A stretch of 64,000 nucleotides of DNA, taken from a virus (lineage: Duplodnaviria; Caudoviricetes). Numbering within the stretch: position 1 is the stretch's first letter; the number at the start of each line of letters is the position of its first letter. Positions 37,674-48,163 of the stretch are shown here, piece by piece. The position numbers and the translations under genes were made by a program. The notes under the pieces were generated by a model that ran no database searches, was not told where the DNA came from, and was given only the letters and a program-made list of their open reading frames with translations. The stretch lies in the IMG/VR virus record IMGVR_UViG_3300006133_000325. One strand, 5' to 3'.

Positions 37674-38006
37674 TCATACCGTTGTAGCTCCAATCTCTTT
37701 TAATTCCATATAGATACTTTTGTTGATTCTTTTTACCACATTGTTATGACTTTCACCTTCTATTCTATAAAACGGTGGATATGGCAACCCCATTTGAGTG
37801 TTTATCACATCTATATCTACACTGCCATTCGATTCACTTACAATAATTTCGCAATCTATGTAATTTTTATAAACATGAAATCGTTTTATATATATTTTTA
37901 TATTTTCTTGTGTTAGGCGACTATAACCCTTTTTCGTTAGCTCTCGGATACGGTCATTGGATAATATAAATTTTTTACTTGCAATAGAAAAGTTTTTATG
38001 TCTCAT
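37674..38006 (-). CDS. Hypothetical protein
   Basis: AGGAGG RBS before ATG 38006. Confidence 0.6.
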   Translation of the reverse strand: MRHKNFSIASKKFILSNDRIRELTKKGYSRLTQENIKIYIKRFHVYKNYIDCEIIVSESNGSVDIDVINTQMGLPYPPFYRIEGESHNNVVKRINKSIYMELKEIGATTV

Positions 38007-38053
38007 AGTTATTCCTCCTGAAAAATGTATTTGGATTTTTGGGGTTAAACCAC

Positions 38054-38605
38054 TTACTCCCATAATGTCACTTCTCCATTTCTAATAGATTTTTGTATGT
38101 CAATTATCCTTTGGTTATGACTACCTTTAAATGCCAAATGAATATCACGATTTTCATCTTGATACAAACCATCTACCAAAATATCACACAATGATAAAAT
38201 CTGTTGTCGTTTCCATCTTCCAACAGAAAGCTTCTCTTGTGTTAGGGGATGATAATGCCATTTCGGATCAAAAATATGTTCCCAATTATATCCAGAATAA
38301 ATCCAAATCTTTTTTACTGGTGATAAAACACGTATTTCATAAACCAAATCTCTTATTCCCTTTAGGTTTTCTTCCGCAAGAGGTTCGCCACCTAATATGG
38401 AAATACGTTTTATATATGACCTATTAGCTAATTTTAAAAACTCTGCTTTTATTTCGTCTGTCCATTCTTTTCCTGAGTTAAAACTCCATGTTTCAGGATT
38501 AAAACAATTTTTGCAATGAAATGAACACCCTTGGACAAAAAGAGAGATTCCCACTCCCTCTCCATTACTTATATCCATACTTCTAATGCTTGCATATCTC
38601 ATCAA
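38054..38605 (-). CDS. nrdG: Anaerobic ribonucleotide reductase activase
   Basis: DISNGEG, GCSFHCKNCFN, LGGEPL, FKGSHNQRI. Confidence 0.95.
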   Translation of the reverse strand: MMRYASIRSMDISNGEGVGISLFVQGCSFHCKNCFNPETWSFNSGKEWTDEIKAEFLKLANRSYIKRISILGGEPLAEENLKGIRDLVYEIRVLSPVKKIWIYSGYNWEHIFDPKWHYHPLTQEKLSVGRWKRQQILSLCDILVDGLYQDENRDIHLAFKGSHNQRIIDIQKSIRNGEVTLWE

Positions 38606-40863
38606 GAATCACATCCTTTATTCCTATGTTCAATATCGTCTAAATGAACAAACCGATCATGAATATCTCCTAACCTTCCTTGGTTCCACCCGTTAGTTGC
38701 TGTACCAAGGTAGCCGCAAGTACGTCTCACAACATTCATTTTATTTGTATCTCTATTATGACAATTCGGACATTCCCAAATAAGTCTATTATTTTTGTCA
38801 ATAAGCGTAATTTCCCCATCATAACCACATACTTGGCAATAATCACTTTTAGTATTAAGTTCTGCATACATAATATTATCATAGATGAATTTAATTACTT
38901 CCAATACTGCAGGTATATTATTTTGCATATTGGCTGTTTCAATATAAGAAATAGCGCCTCCTGGGCTTAATTTTTGAAATTTAGCCTCAATATGTAACTT
39001 TTCAAATGGATCAATCTTTTCAAATACTGGAATATGGTAAGAATTTGTCACATAATCACGATCTGTTATACCTTTTACTATTCCAAATCTTTCTCTTAAC
39101 TTTCTCGCAAACTTATAAGTAGTTGTTTCAAGTGGCGTTCCATATAGGCTATAATCAATATTCTCTTTCTCTTTCCATTGTCTACACTTGTCGTTTAAAG
39201 CTTGCATAACTTCTAATCCAAATTTTTCGCCAATTCCCTCATCACTATGACTATTGCCGGTCATATATTTTACACATTCATAAAGACCTGCATACCCTAA
39301 TGAAATAGTAGAATATCCATTATGTAATAATTTATCAATCGTTTCTCCTTTTTCTAATCTTGCTAATGCGCCATACCTCCACAAAATAGGAGCGACATCC
39401 GAATAGACACCTTCCAATCTCTCATGTCTCAAACGCAATGCTTTATGACATAGTTCTGTCCTTTCTTCAAACAGTTTCCAAAACTTATCCATATCACCTT
39501 CCGATGACAATGCAATATCTGGTAAATTTATTGTGACAACTCCTTGATTAAAACGACCATAATATTTATGTTTATCAGAAAGATAGTTTTTTGCATTTGC
39601 TACATTTCCGACTCCATTATCTGTAAATCTATCTGGTGTAAGAAAAGATCTGCAGCCCATACAAGTATATACATCTCCTTTTAGTTCAAACATTACTTTT
39701 TCGGAAATGTAATCAGGAACAAGTCTTTTTGCAGTACACTTTGCAGCAAGTTTTGTAAGATACCAATATGGACTACCCTCTACAATATTATCCTCTTCCA
39801 ATACATAAATCAGTTTAGGAAATGCTGGAGTAATCCAAACTCCTTGCTCGTTCTTAACTCCTTTATATCGCTGCTCTAACATTTCTTGTATTAACAGTGC
39901 TAAATCTTTTTTCTCTCTTTCGTCTTTAGCTTCATTTAAGTACATAAATACTGTAAGAAATGGAGCTTGTCCGTTTGTCGTCATAAGAGTAATAATTTGA
40001 TATTGTATAGTTTGTATCCCTTTTTTGATTTCGTTCTTAACACGCATTTCTGTGATTCTGTCTATTTCATGATTTATACAAGCTAAAGAATCATCTTTAT
40101 ATACATAAGAATTATTAACCCATTCGTTCTCAACTTCTTTTCTAATCTTTTGGCGACTTACTTCTACAAAAGGAGCTAAGTGCGCCAGGCTTACGCTCTG
40201 TCCTCCATATTGACTTGAAGCAACCTGAGCTATAATTTGGGTAGCAATATTACATGCCGTAGAAAAGCTGTGCGGCTTCTCAATTAAGGTTTCACTAATT
40301 ACAGTTCCATTTTGTAACATATCTTCTAAGTTGATAAGAGAACAATTGTGCATAAATTGTCCGAAATAATCTGCATCATGAAAATGCAATATCCCCTCGT
40401 CGTGCGCCTGGACAATCTCTGGAGGAAGTAAATATCTTCGTGTCATGTCAGTACTTACAATGCCTGCCATATAATCTCTTTGAGTCGTAGATAATCTTGG
40501 GTTTTTATTAGAATTTTCATTCTTCCAATAATCACTGTTACCTGTAAGAAGTTCTTCCATTTCTATATCTGTTGTATTAGAATTTTCTCTTTGAAACTCT
40601 CTGATACTTCTATAACCCTCATATGCTTTTGCTGTAAGTCTCTGCTTTTTACTAATCAGTTTATCATAAACCATAGTTTCTATATCGGAAATACTTATCT
40701 CTTCTTTTTCTTTGCATAATTCATAAATCTCATTTGCAATGTCTATAGCAATTTTTTCTTTTACAATCCCAGAACCATTTTTCATTGCTTTTAAAACAGC
40801 GCTAGAAATTTTATCTTTTTGAAAATCAACTAATGTGCAATCTCTTTTAATTACTTTTACCAT
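38602..40863 (-). CDS. nrdD: Anaerobic (class III) ribonucleoside-triphosphate reductase
   Basis: ATP cone (VIKRD), HNCSL, MGCRS, zinc ribbon, RRTCGYLG glycyl radical motif. Confidence 0.97.
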   Translation of the reverse strand: MVKVIKRDCTLVDFQKDKISSAVLKAMKNGSGIVKEKIAIDIANEIYELCKEKEEISISDIETMVYDKLISKKQRLTAKAYEGYRSIREFQRENSNTTDIEMEELLTGNSDYWKNENSNKNPRLSTTQRDYMAGIVSTDMTRRYLLPPEIVQAHDEGILHFHDADYFGQFMHNCSLINLEDMLQNGTVISETLIEKPHSFSTACNIATQIIAQVASSQYGGQSVSLAHLAPFVEVSRQKIRKEVENEWVNNSYVYKDDSLACINHEIDRITEMRVKNEIKKGIQTIQYQIITLMTTNGQAPFLTVFMYLNEAKDEREKKDLALLIQEMLEQRYKGVKNEQGVWITPAFPKLIYVLEEDNIVEGSPYWYLTKLAAKCTAKRLVPDYISEKVMFELKGDVYTCMGCRSFLTPDRFTDNGVGNVANAKNYLSDKHKYYGRFNQGVVTINLPDIALSSEGDMDKFWKLFEERTELCHKALRLRHERLEGVYSDVAPILWRYGALARLEKGETIDKLLHNGYSTISLGYAGLYECVKYMTGNSHSDEGIGEKFGLEVMQALNDKCRQWKEKENIDYSLYGTPLETTTYKFARKLRERFGIVKGITDRDYVTNSYHIPVFEKIDPFEKLHIEAKFQKLSPGGAISYIETANMQNNIPAVLEVIKFIYDNIMYAELNTKSDYCQVCGYDGEITLIDKNNRLIWECPNCHNRDTNKMNVVRRTCGYLGTATNGWNQGRLGDIHDRFVHLDDIEHRNKGCDS

Positions 40864-40888
40864 TTCTTCACCTTACCTTTATTGTTTG

Positions 40889-41434
40889 TTATATTTTATT
40901 CTCTTCTTGCTCTTCTTTCAAAATCGCCAAAATTTCTTCTATAATATCACAATAGCCTTTTTCGTCTCCATTCACCACTCTATAATCAATGGAATATCGT
41001 TCCATTATTCGTTCGATTTTATCTAATAGTGCATTGCTTTCTTCCTCACTTTCATGTCTCCCAACGGGGTTATATGGTTTTACACGTTTTACCAGATAAT
41101 TTAGATTCTCATAGCTACGAAATACATCCATCACAGAATATTCAAAATTATCTCCTAAATATGAACTAGTGTTATACACAATTGATAATGGAAGTGGGCT
41201 GTCTGTAACAATCACATCTACTTTATCCCTACATCTACTCAAACGATAACTTTGTTCTCCAAATAAATACGCTTGATTCTGAAAAGCGATTACGTTTTCT
41301 TCCCAAACCTTATCTTTTGCAAACTCTCCCACCAATTCTGCATTTACTCCATTCATTTTTAATTTTGCAAATATATAAGCAGCCCCTGTCGATTTTCCGG
41401 CTCCCGGGCAGCCAAATAAATTTATAACTATCAT
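40889..41434 (-). CDS. P-loop kinase (AAA_28/NadR-like)
   Basis: INLFGCPGAGKST, IVTDSPL. Confidence 0.7.
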   Translation of the reverse strand: MIVINLFGCPGAGKSTGAAYIFAKLKMNGVNAELVGEFAKDKVWEENVIAFQNQAYLFGEQSYRLSRCRDKVDVIVTDSPLPLSIVYNTSSYLGDNFEYSVMDVFRSYENLNYLVKRVKPYNPVGRHESEEESNALLDKIERIMERYSIDYRVVNGDEKGYCDIIEEILAILKEEQEENKI

Positions 41435-41448
41435 ATCATGTACCTCTT

Positions 41449-41883
41449 TTAATATAAGTAGAAATTTTCTATATAATTTAAAGCAGTATTAATATTCTTG
41501 AAAATCTTATCACACATATCTCTCTGCCATGGATGAAGGACGTATCCTCCTTCATTAATTCCAATGATAGGAATCCTCTTCTCATAAGCAACTGCTACTT
41601 CCGCCATAGTTCCTAACGATTCTGGTTTATTAAAATTTACTATAAGTAGATCTGATTTTTTTACCATATGTAATTCAAACTCCATTACTTCTCTATCAGA
41701 ATCATACTCGTAGGGACGATTATAAGAATAATAATCTACTGGACTAATACATGTTACTTGATATTTACACTCGCAGTTTTCTAATCGCTTCTTTACTTTA
41801 TTTCTCCATTTTGTTTGGCTTTCCTCTTCCAATCCGACCATGCCGCCAGAAAGATAAATAGTATAGTTACTAATAATTCTCAT
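41449..41883 (-). CDS. Nucleoside 2-deoxyribosyltransferase-like protein
   Basis: IYLSGGM, SDLLIV, SLGTMAE. Confidence 0.75.
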   Translation of the reverse strand: MRIISNYTIYLSGGMVGLEEESQTKWRNKVKKRLENCECKYQVTCISPVDYYSYNRPYEYDSDREVMEFELHMVKKSDLLIVNFNKPESLGTMAEVAVAYEKRIPIIGINEGGYVLHPWQRDMCDKIFKNINTALNYIENFYLY

Positions 41884-41899
41884 CCTCCTTATTTTTGTT

Positions 41900-42481
41900 T
41901 TAGGGCTCCATGATATATAAGTTATATAAACTTAAAATCATTTCCGCTAACTTCTCTACTGATATAAAGTCTGAATCGCTATGTATGGAACAATCAATAA
42001 ACTCTTCAATATCAGCAAAATCCCTCTTATCGGCTTTCATACGTCTTTTTATTTCTTCATATTCATCACCTCTTTCTTTTAAACGGATACGTATAACATC
42101 ATTTGATGACTTTATCTGACAAATGAATATTTTTTTTGCTACTAATTCTTTCTCTTTTAAATACAATGCTTTGATTTGTTTTATTCCTTCTGGATTTGAG
42201 ACCAGGACACGATTTACTTGATTAAATAATTCATTTATAGGAGTACCATAATACCATATCATTCCATTTTTAATAGAATGGCATGTTGTTTCTGCAAAGA
42301 ACCCTTTTTTTTGCAGCGCAATGAATTTTTCCTGTGTTACAAAGTGATAATCTATTCCATTTATTTCTCCTTTTCTTGCAGGTCTTGTAGTATATGTAAT
42401 CACTCTTTCCAGTCCAAGTTTTTGGAGGGCTTTGGCAACAGTTGTCTTGCCTGTTGCCGTTTTTCCGCATAAAATTAACAT
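41900..42481 (-). CDS. gmk: Guanylate kinase-like
   Basis: GKTATGKT, TYTTRPARKGEINGIDYHFV, YYGT. Confidence 0.85.
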   Translation of the reverse strand: MLILCGKTATGKTTVAKALQKLGLERVITYTTRPARKGEINGIDYHFVTQEKFIALQKKGFFAETTCHSIKNGMIWYYGTPINELFNQVNRVLVSNPEGIKQIKALYLKEKELVAKKIFICQIKSSNDVIRIRLKERGDEYEEIKRRMKADKRDFADIEEFIDCSIHSDSDFISVEKLAEMILSLYNLYIMEP

Positions 42482-43158
42482 AATTGCTCCTTTTTAGGTT
42501 TTCTCCCACAGGATTTCTTTTCCGGGCAAAATCCAAACCATTCACACTTTGGCATAAAACAGTGTTCTACTAAATAAAGCCATTCAGGGGAATAATTTTT
42601 CAGAGCTTCACCTACATCATAAAATAATTTTCTATATTCCCAATACGCCCTTGAACACATACGTTGCTTAGACATATCTGCTAAATTTCTAAAATTATGC
42701 TTGCAAGCAATTCTTGTTGTCATGCCAAGAGGAAGTGCCAAAGCAAAGTCTTCTCTTGGAATATTTAATGCTTCCAGTTCTTTTAATGACTGGTTGATAC
42801 TTTGCATCAAGTTTTTATAGATCTGTGCTGCAGCCTCGTTCTGACGAACAGAGTGCGGAATAATATAATCAAATCCCTTTTGATAGTTGATATATCTTGT
42901 CGAAGCCTGTAATCTTGTAGGAGAGCCGCCAATATGGGTATACCATTCCCGAATCACGCGGGCAGAATACCCATCTAATATCATGTATACATCTGGAAAT
43001 TCCCATGTTCTGCCATGGTTTGTTTCAATACAATCTAGCCCTCTTTTATAATTTCTTTCTTCACTATTTGTATCTGCCCCATAACATTCTCCGGCTTCCC
43101 TACCGATCAATGTGATAGGCTTTTTTGTTGTTTCTTCTTGGATGATTACTTTTCCCAT
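42475..43158 (-). CDS. thyX: Flavin-dependent thymidylate synthase (divergent motif)
   Basis: HGRTWEF, RLQASTRY, LPLGMTT, NFRNL..R.CSRAYWEYR. Confidence 0.8.
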   Translation of the reverse strand: MGKVIIQEETTKKPITLIGREAGECYGADTNSEERNYKRGLDCIETNHGRTWEFPDVYMILDGYSARVIREWYTHIGGSPTRLQASTRYINYQKGFDYIIPHSVRQNEAAAQIYKNLMQSINQSLKELEALNIPREDFALALPLGMTTRIACKHNFRNLADMSKQRMCSRAYWEYRKLFYDVGEALKNYSPEWLYLVEHCFMPKCEWFGFCPEKKSCGRKPKKEQLC

Positions 43159-43169
43159 ATTATGTTCCT

Positions 43170-43874
43170 TTACTTATAAAAATTATGCCCGACACCATCT
43201 TTAAATAAAAATTTTGCTCCATTGAATGTCTTTGTGGTCTGATTACTATGAAAATACAAAGCGCCTTCTGTTGTATCTCCAAATATGGACACATATTCTA
43301 ATGCTAAAATGCTATCTTCTTCAATAGATTTTCTACCATATGCAAATTGATTTGGAGATGTAATGATATCCGTTATTGTTTCTCCAAATCTTCCATCTTC
43401 CAACCGGTTTAAAATAACAGAAGCGATATTACATTTGCTATCAAAGTCTGCCCCAAAACATTCCGTTTCGATACATCGTTGCATTAGATAGACTTCCCCT
43501 TCTGTAAACTTGTCGTAAACCGTTTCTGGTGGATCTAGATGTTCTTCATATTCTTGATATAGTTCTTTATACGCAAGAAAACGTTCTTTGTTATTTTCGA
43601 TAGATTTAATCTTTTCCAATCTAGCCTTTAATCGCTTTTTTATTAACTTTTTTGTATCTTTACTTTTTGCTTTATGCTCTGTTTCTGCTATCTTTGTCTG
43701 TTTTTCGGACTTAATATTTTTCACTTTACCGGACTGTTTTGACTCAATTTCATGAGCCAAAACAATTTCAGTATTTTTCTGTTTCATATCGTTTTTGGCT
43801 CTATTATGTTCTTTTCCTATCATTATGTAAAAAGAACCTATAAACAACAAAACCATTATTAAGATATTCCTCAT
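43170..43874 (-). CDS. Membrane-anchored cell wall hydrolase (Hydrolase_2/SleB-like)
   Basis: N-terminal TM; IETEC, VILNR, II..PNQF, TEGALYF, GHNFY. Confidence 0.8.
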   Translation of the reverse strand: MRNILIMVLLFIGSFYIMIGKEHNRAKNDMKQKNTEIVLAHEIESKQSGKVKNIKSEKQTKIAETEHKAKSKDTKKLIKKRLKARLEKIKSIENNKERFLAYKELYQEYEEHLDPPETVYDKFTEGEVYLMQRCIETECFGADFDSKCNIASVILNRLEDGRFGETITDIITSPNQFAYGRKSIEEDSILALEYVSIFGDTTEGALYFHSNQTTKTFNGAKFLFKDGVGHNFYK

Positions 43875-43887
43875 TTTATAAACTCCC

Positions 43888-44094
43888 TTAATCACAAGAT
43901 TCAAACCGTTCCCAAGTCACCATATATTCGCCATTAACTACCCTAAAATTTGGTTTATAAAAACCATATGCGTTTGGCGGAAATAAAGAATTATTCGCGA
44001 TGTTTCTTACATAATCATTAGTCTCTTCTTTTGTTGCGCGTAATAGCATCATATAATCCTCTTTTGAAATAATCCTACTTTCTTCTATATACAT
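43888..44094 (-). CDS. Hypothetical protein
   Basis: AAGGAG RBS; in operon. Confidence 0.55.
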   Translation of the reverse strand: MYIEESRIISKEDYMMLLRATKEETNDYVRNIANNSLFPPNAYGFYKPNFRVVNGEYMVTWERFESCD

Positions 44095-44105
44095 ACTTCT
44101 CTCCT

Positions 44106-44345
44106 TTATTGAAATTCAGCCATCAAATTGCCAAACCTTTTAATTTCCTCTACATCGTCAGAATGAAACTCTACAATCACTGGGATAGATAAATCTAAAC
44201 TAAAAAGACCCATAATAGATTTTGCATTTACAACATATTTACCTCTCACCAAATCTACATCGCCCTCCAGTTTCATCATTTCTGATACGAATTTCTGTGC
44301 CTTTCCTACCTCATTTAGATTGACTACTATACTTGTCTTCTTCAT
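44106..44345 (-). CDS. HPr-family protein lacking His15
   Basis: VNAKSIMGLFSL (Ser46 motif); no GLHARP. Confidence 0.8.
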   Translation of the reverse strand: MKKTSIVVNLNEVGKAQKFVSEMMKLEGDVDLVRGKYVVNAKSIMGLFSLDLSIPVIVEFHSDDVEEIKRFGNLMAEFQ

Positions 44346-44685
44346 ATTTCTTACTCCTTTTCTATTTTTGTTTTTATTTTAACTATCAGACATACATCCA
44401 ATAGTGTTTCACATTGTTCTTATTGTTTTCTACATTTCAATACGCAATAGGTTTGTGTTCCATTTGGATATTTTTTACGCTTAATAGCTTCAATTATCAT
44501 TTCATTTCCATTTTCATCTTCCACCACGACAAATGTTTCATCCAAAAACAAACGTTTTATCTCGCGTATCAAATGATGTGTATTTACTATCACTTGCTAT
44601 TTCACTACCTCCAAATTATATTGTTGTTTTTTTCACTGGGATTTTTCAGATTTCTACATTTACTTAGAAGGATCAAGATATCATA

Positions 44686-45497
44686 TTAGTAAAATCAACT
44701 ACACTTATGATCGGAATATTTAGTTCTCTTGCTTTCTTATTTTTTCTACTGTTGTTCCATCAATTTCTACAAGCTCAAAATTTGCTACTGGAGTAATCTC
44801 ACCTGTTTTTCCTATAGATCATTCACTATCTTTTAAAACAGTTGTTTCTTCTTCATAAAACTTAAATGCTATACTATGTTTCGGGTGGTGTTCTGTCACA
44901 CCTAATAATTTCCCATAACGAATATCATTATAAGTCATTACTAATCCATCAATTGGATATTGTTTTTTCTTTGCATATTCTTTCAGTGTTTCTATGCTTT
45001 CTTCTATATCAGAAGAATTATCTACTCTAAGAAACGGAACAATGTTAAACCCTATTGATAACGGAATATTCTCAAAAACTTTGGCGTTATGTGTTACAAC
45101 TTCTCCAATCTCTCCATTTCCTCTCATTTCTGCTAATACCAGTTTTCCTCCTTCATACACCATTAGAATTGCTAGTCCATCCATTTTACACATAAGTAAT
45201 CCCTCTTTGTTTTTTATGAATTCCTTTAATTTTGAAGAGGATTTCGTTTTATTTAAAGAAAGCATAGGATAACTATGTGTTACTTTCTCTAATTTTGACT
45301 TTACTTCGTACCCTACTGTATGTGTAGGAGAATCCGACATGATAATATTGGTTTCTTCCTCTAACTGTTTTAATTCATCAAATAAATTATCGTACTCATA
45401 ATCTGATACTTTCGATACTTACTTGTTATAATAAGAATCCCTATATTCATTTAATTTTTTGTTAATTCTATAATTTTTTTACATTTTCCAATCGCAT
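44686..45497 (-). pseudogene. ligA: NAD-dependent DNA ligase remnant
   Basis: YY..VSDYEYD, SPT..VG, H.YPMLSL.K, KMDG, IDGLV, IAFKF, BRCT tail KARELNIPI; in-frame TAA 45419-45421; large deletions. Confidence 0.85.
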
Positions 45498-45503
45498 TCC
45501 CCC

Positions 45504-45776
45504 TTATAGTCTCATTACAAATTCTTTAAATTCCTCTAATTCGCTTGGCTCAATTAAAATATCAAAATAACAATATTCTTTATTTCTCAACACACTCCAA
45601 AGACGTTTCCATTTTTCCTTTATCATAGTATGTATATTCTTTTGATTAGTATAAAAATTATCACTTACTAGTTGTAAGGATACTCCCCAATCCTTGTCAT
45701 CATCAGCCTTTATAATTATTCCATTTCCACAACCGCATTTACAGAACATTGTTTTATATGATTTTTTTGTTTGCAT
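45504..45776 (-). CDS. Hypothetical protein (CxC motif)
   Basis: GAGG RBS; FCKCGCG. Confidence 0.55.
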   Translation of the reverse strand: MQTKKSYKTMFCKCGCGNGIIIKADDDKDWGVSLQLVSDNFYTNQKNIHTMIKEKWKRLWSVLRNKEYCYFDILIEPSELEEFKEFVMRL

Positions 45777-45777
45777 T

Positions 45778-45999
45778 TTATCCTCTCTTACTTCTTAAAA
45801 ATACTTTTTCTTGTTTTAATTTCCACTCACTTGGAATATCACTTACAATTCCACACTCATCACTATTTTTCCTTAATGGGCAACGTTCGCAAGTATCATA
45901 TTCAGAACATACTTCTTGCAAAGCTTTTATCGCTTTAATGATTTTTTCTACTTTCACAACCATTCCCTCCATTTTTATCTCAGTAGCTGCTAAGCTCAC
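45778..45999 (-). CDS. Small Cys-rich hypothetical protein
   Basis: C..C..CPL..C; true start may be downstream, after GGAGGG. Confidence 0.5.
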   Translation of the reverse strand: MSLAATEIKMEGMVVKVEKIIKAIKALQEVCSEYDTCERCPLRKNSDECGIVSDIPSEWKLKQEKVFLRSKRG

Positions 46000-46735
46000 T
46001 TATTCAAAGTTATATAAAATACATGCAAGACATACTTTTGTATATGTCCTTCCTTCTACTAGAATATCACTTTTGCCATAACTAACATCTTTTATAACAA
46101 CAAGAGACCTTATTTATGATTAATTCAAATACATATAACTATATTGATGTTCTGAATAATTCTGCTAAGCCAAATCATATGATGTATAAGTCCTTTAAAA
46201 CAATATTGCTAATGTCGATACTCCAAGTTATAAGCAGAAGGACGTCCAGTTTAAAGAGTATCTGATGGACACAATGACGAGAGATGCTTTATTGGAATAT
46301 TATGTAAGCTTCATCTATTTTAACTAAAATAAATCATTACTATAAAATTGATTTTATTCATTTTATCTATATTTACAAGTGGACATGTTGCTATTTTGAC
46401 AGAATATTTATAATTTATTTTCTCATATTTTTTATTTTAAAAATATTCTTGCCCTTACACTCTCTTAAAAAAAATACAATATAGTTTCTTATATTTCCCT
46501 TTTATTATTTTATTTTTCCAAAAAAACAGCAAAGAATTATTATTTATTTTTTTCAAAAATGAGTTGCATTTTTCAGGAAATATATGATAATTATATTAAG
46601 GAAATAGTTATGCCATATCAAAATCTCTATATGCTATATAGCTAATATCTATTATTTAATTTTGCAAAATTATAAAAATATTTTGACAGTTACTTTATAA
46701 ATATAGCTCATAACAAGTATAAGGAGTTGATATCT

Positions 46736-47554
46736 ATGAATAAAAAGCTACAAGTCTTTATTTCGTCCACATTTACAGATCTTATTGAAGAACGACAGGC
46801 TGCTGTTGAAACAGTTCTTGATGCAGGTCATATCCCTGCTGGTATGGAACTTTTTAAAGCTGGTAAGTCACAGATAAAAACTATTCACAAGTGGATAGAT
46901 GAATCTGATGTATATATACTTATTCTCGGTGGTCGCTATGGATCTATCGAAAAGGAATCTGGTTTAAGTTATACGGAGCTTGAATATAAATACGCGCTTT
47001 CAAAAAACATGCCTGTTTTTGCTATTATTCTAGAAGATAACTTCTTATTTACAAAAGCTGCTTCTAAAGTGGAAGATGTTATTTTTGAAAAAGACAATAT
47101 TGCTAAATATGAAAAATTTAAGGAATTTGTCAAAACAAATGTAGTTCGTTTTGTCGATAACAGTGATAAAATAGCTTCTGTTATACATTCCCATTTAAAT
47201 CATATATTAACAGATAGTGATTATCATCTTAATGGTTGGATAAGAAACACTACTAAACAAAATGAAAAAATAGATTTTAAAACATTGTCAACTGTTTTTA
47301 GTAAAATTACTATTTTGGAACAAAACGATATTAAGAAAAATGCAAATGTTTTCTTTTTAGATAATATCCCTTATTTTAATATCGGTGTTAGTGAATCATT
47401 TCAAGCATATACTTATTTTCACTATTCAAAAATATATTTATTATATGGGCTTTTAGAAAAAGTTAAAAATGAAAATAATAAAGATATGTTGCAACTTTCA
47501 AAATTAGGCTCAGAATATTGTGCTTATTTAGTTACTAATGTTCTTTTCACATAA
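46736..47554 (+). CDS. DUF4062-domain protein (moron, opposite strand)
   Basis: LQVFISSTFTDLIEER, GHIPAGMELF, ILGGRYGS, SYTELEY; AAGGAG RBS. Confidence 0.85.
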   Translation: MNKKLQVFISSTFTDLIEERQAAVETVLDAGHIPAGMELFKAGKSQIKTIHKWIDESDVYILILGGRYGSIEKESGLSYTELEYKYALSKNMPVFAIILEDNFLFTKAASKVEDVIFEKDNIAKYEKFKEFVKTNVVRFVDNSDKIASVIHSHLNHILTDSDYHLNGWIRNTTKQNEKIDFKTLSTVFSKITILEQNDIKKNANVFFLDNIPYFNIGVSESFQAYTYFHYSKIYLLYGLLEKVKNENNKDMLQLSKLGSEYCAYLVTNVLFT

Positions 47555-47638
47555 GTCCTCTTTTACCGCCACTACATACAATACCCCATTAAACATAATA
47601 TTGTATGTAGTGGTATTTTATCACCCTCCTAAATCTTG

Positions 47639-48091
47639 TTATCCTTCCTTTAACTTACATACCAAAATTTCAATATCCATATTATCAAATATAGACATAA
47701 TCTGCTTTCTTACATCCTCCCACTCTAGTTTGTCAAGTCCTGCCCCAATTGTTGGCATAGCAATTTTAGTAATGTGATTTTGAATACAAATTTTCTTCAT
47801 TTTTACTAACGCTGCTTCCATATTTGCCTTTGTTGGTTTTTGAAAATATCTCTCTTTCGTAATAAGGTTTAGTACACGTCCTTCTAAAATACAGTCTCCA
47901 TGATATCTTTTGCTATGCCATTCATTTACATAGTTTGGATATTTAGTTTGCATCTTATTTTTCATATCAAATCTTTTATTGAATTCTACTACTATCCCTC
48001 TACCCATACCAAAATCTGCACTAATACAATGAGCAAAATAATAACTATCTGAAACAGAAAATAAGTCTTTGACTTCTTCTTTATATATCAA
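47639..48091 (-). CDS. Macrodomain protein (TARG1/Poa1p/DarG-like)
   Basis: DLF, AHCISADFGMGRGI, NLITK, IAMPTIGAGLDKLEW. Confidence 0.85.
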   Translation of the reverse strand: MIYKEEVKDLFSVSDSYYFAHCISADFGMGRGIVVEFNKRFDMKNKMQTKYPNYVNEWHSKRYHGDCILEGRVLNLITKERYFQKPTKANMEAALVKMKKICIQNHITKIAMPTIGAGLDKLEWEDVRKQIMSIFDNMDIEILVCKLKEG

Positions 48092-48163
48092 AAATCATCG
48101 CCACCAATCTCATATCTTATTTTAATTCCACCAAATATCGTATTGTACTCTGTTCCTTCTTTA

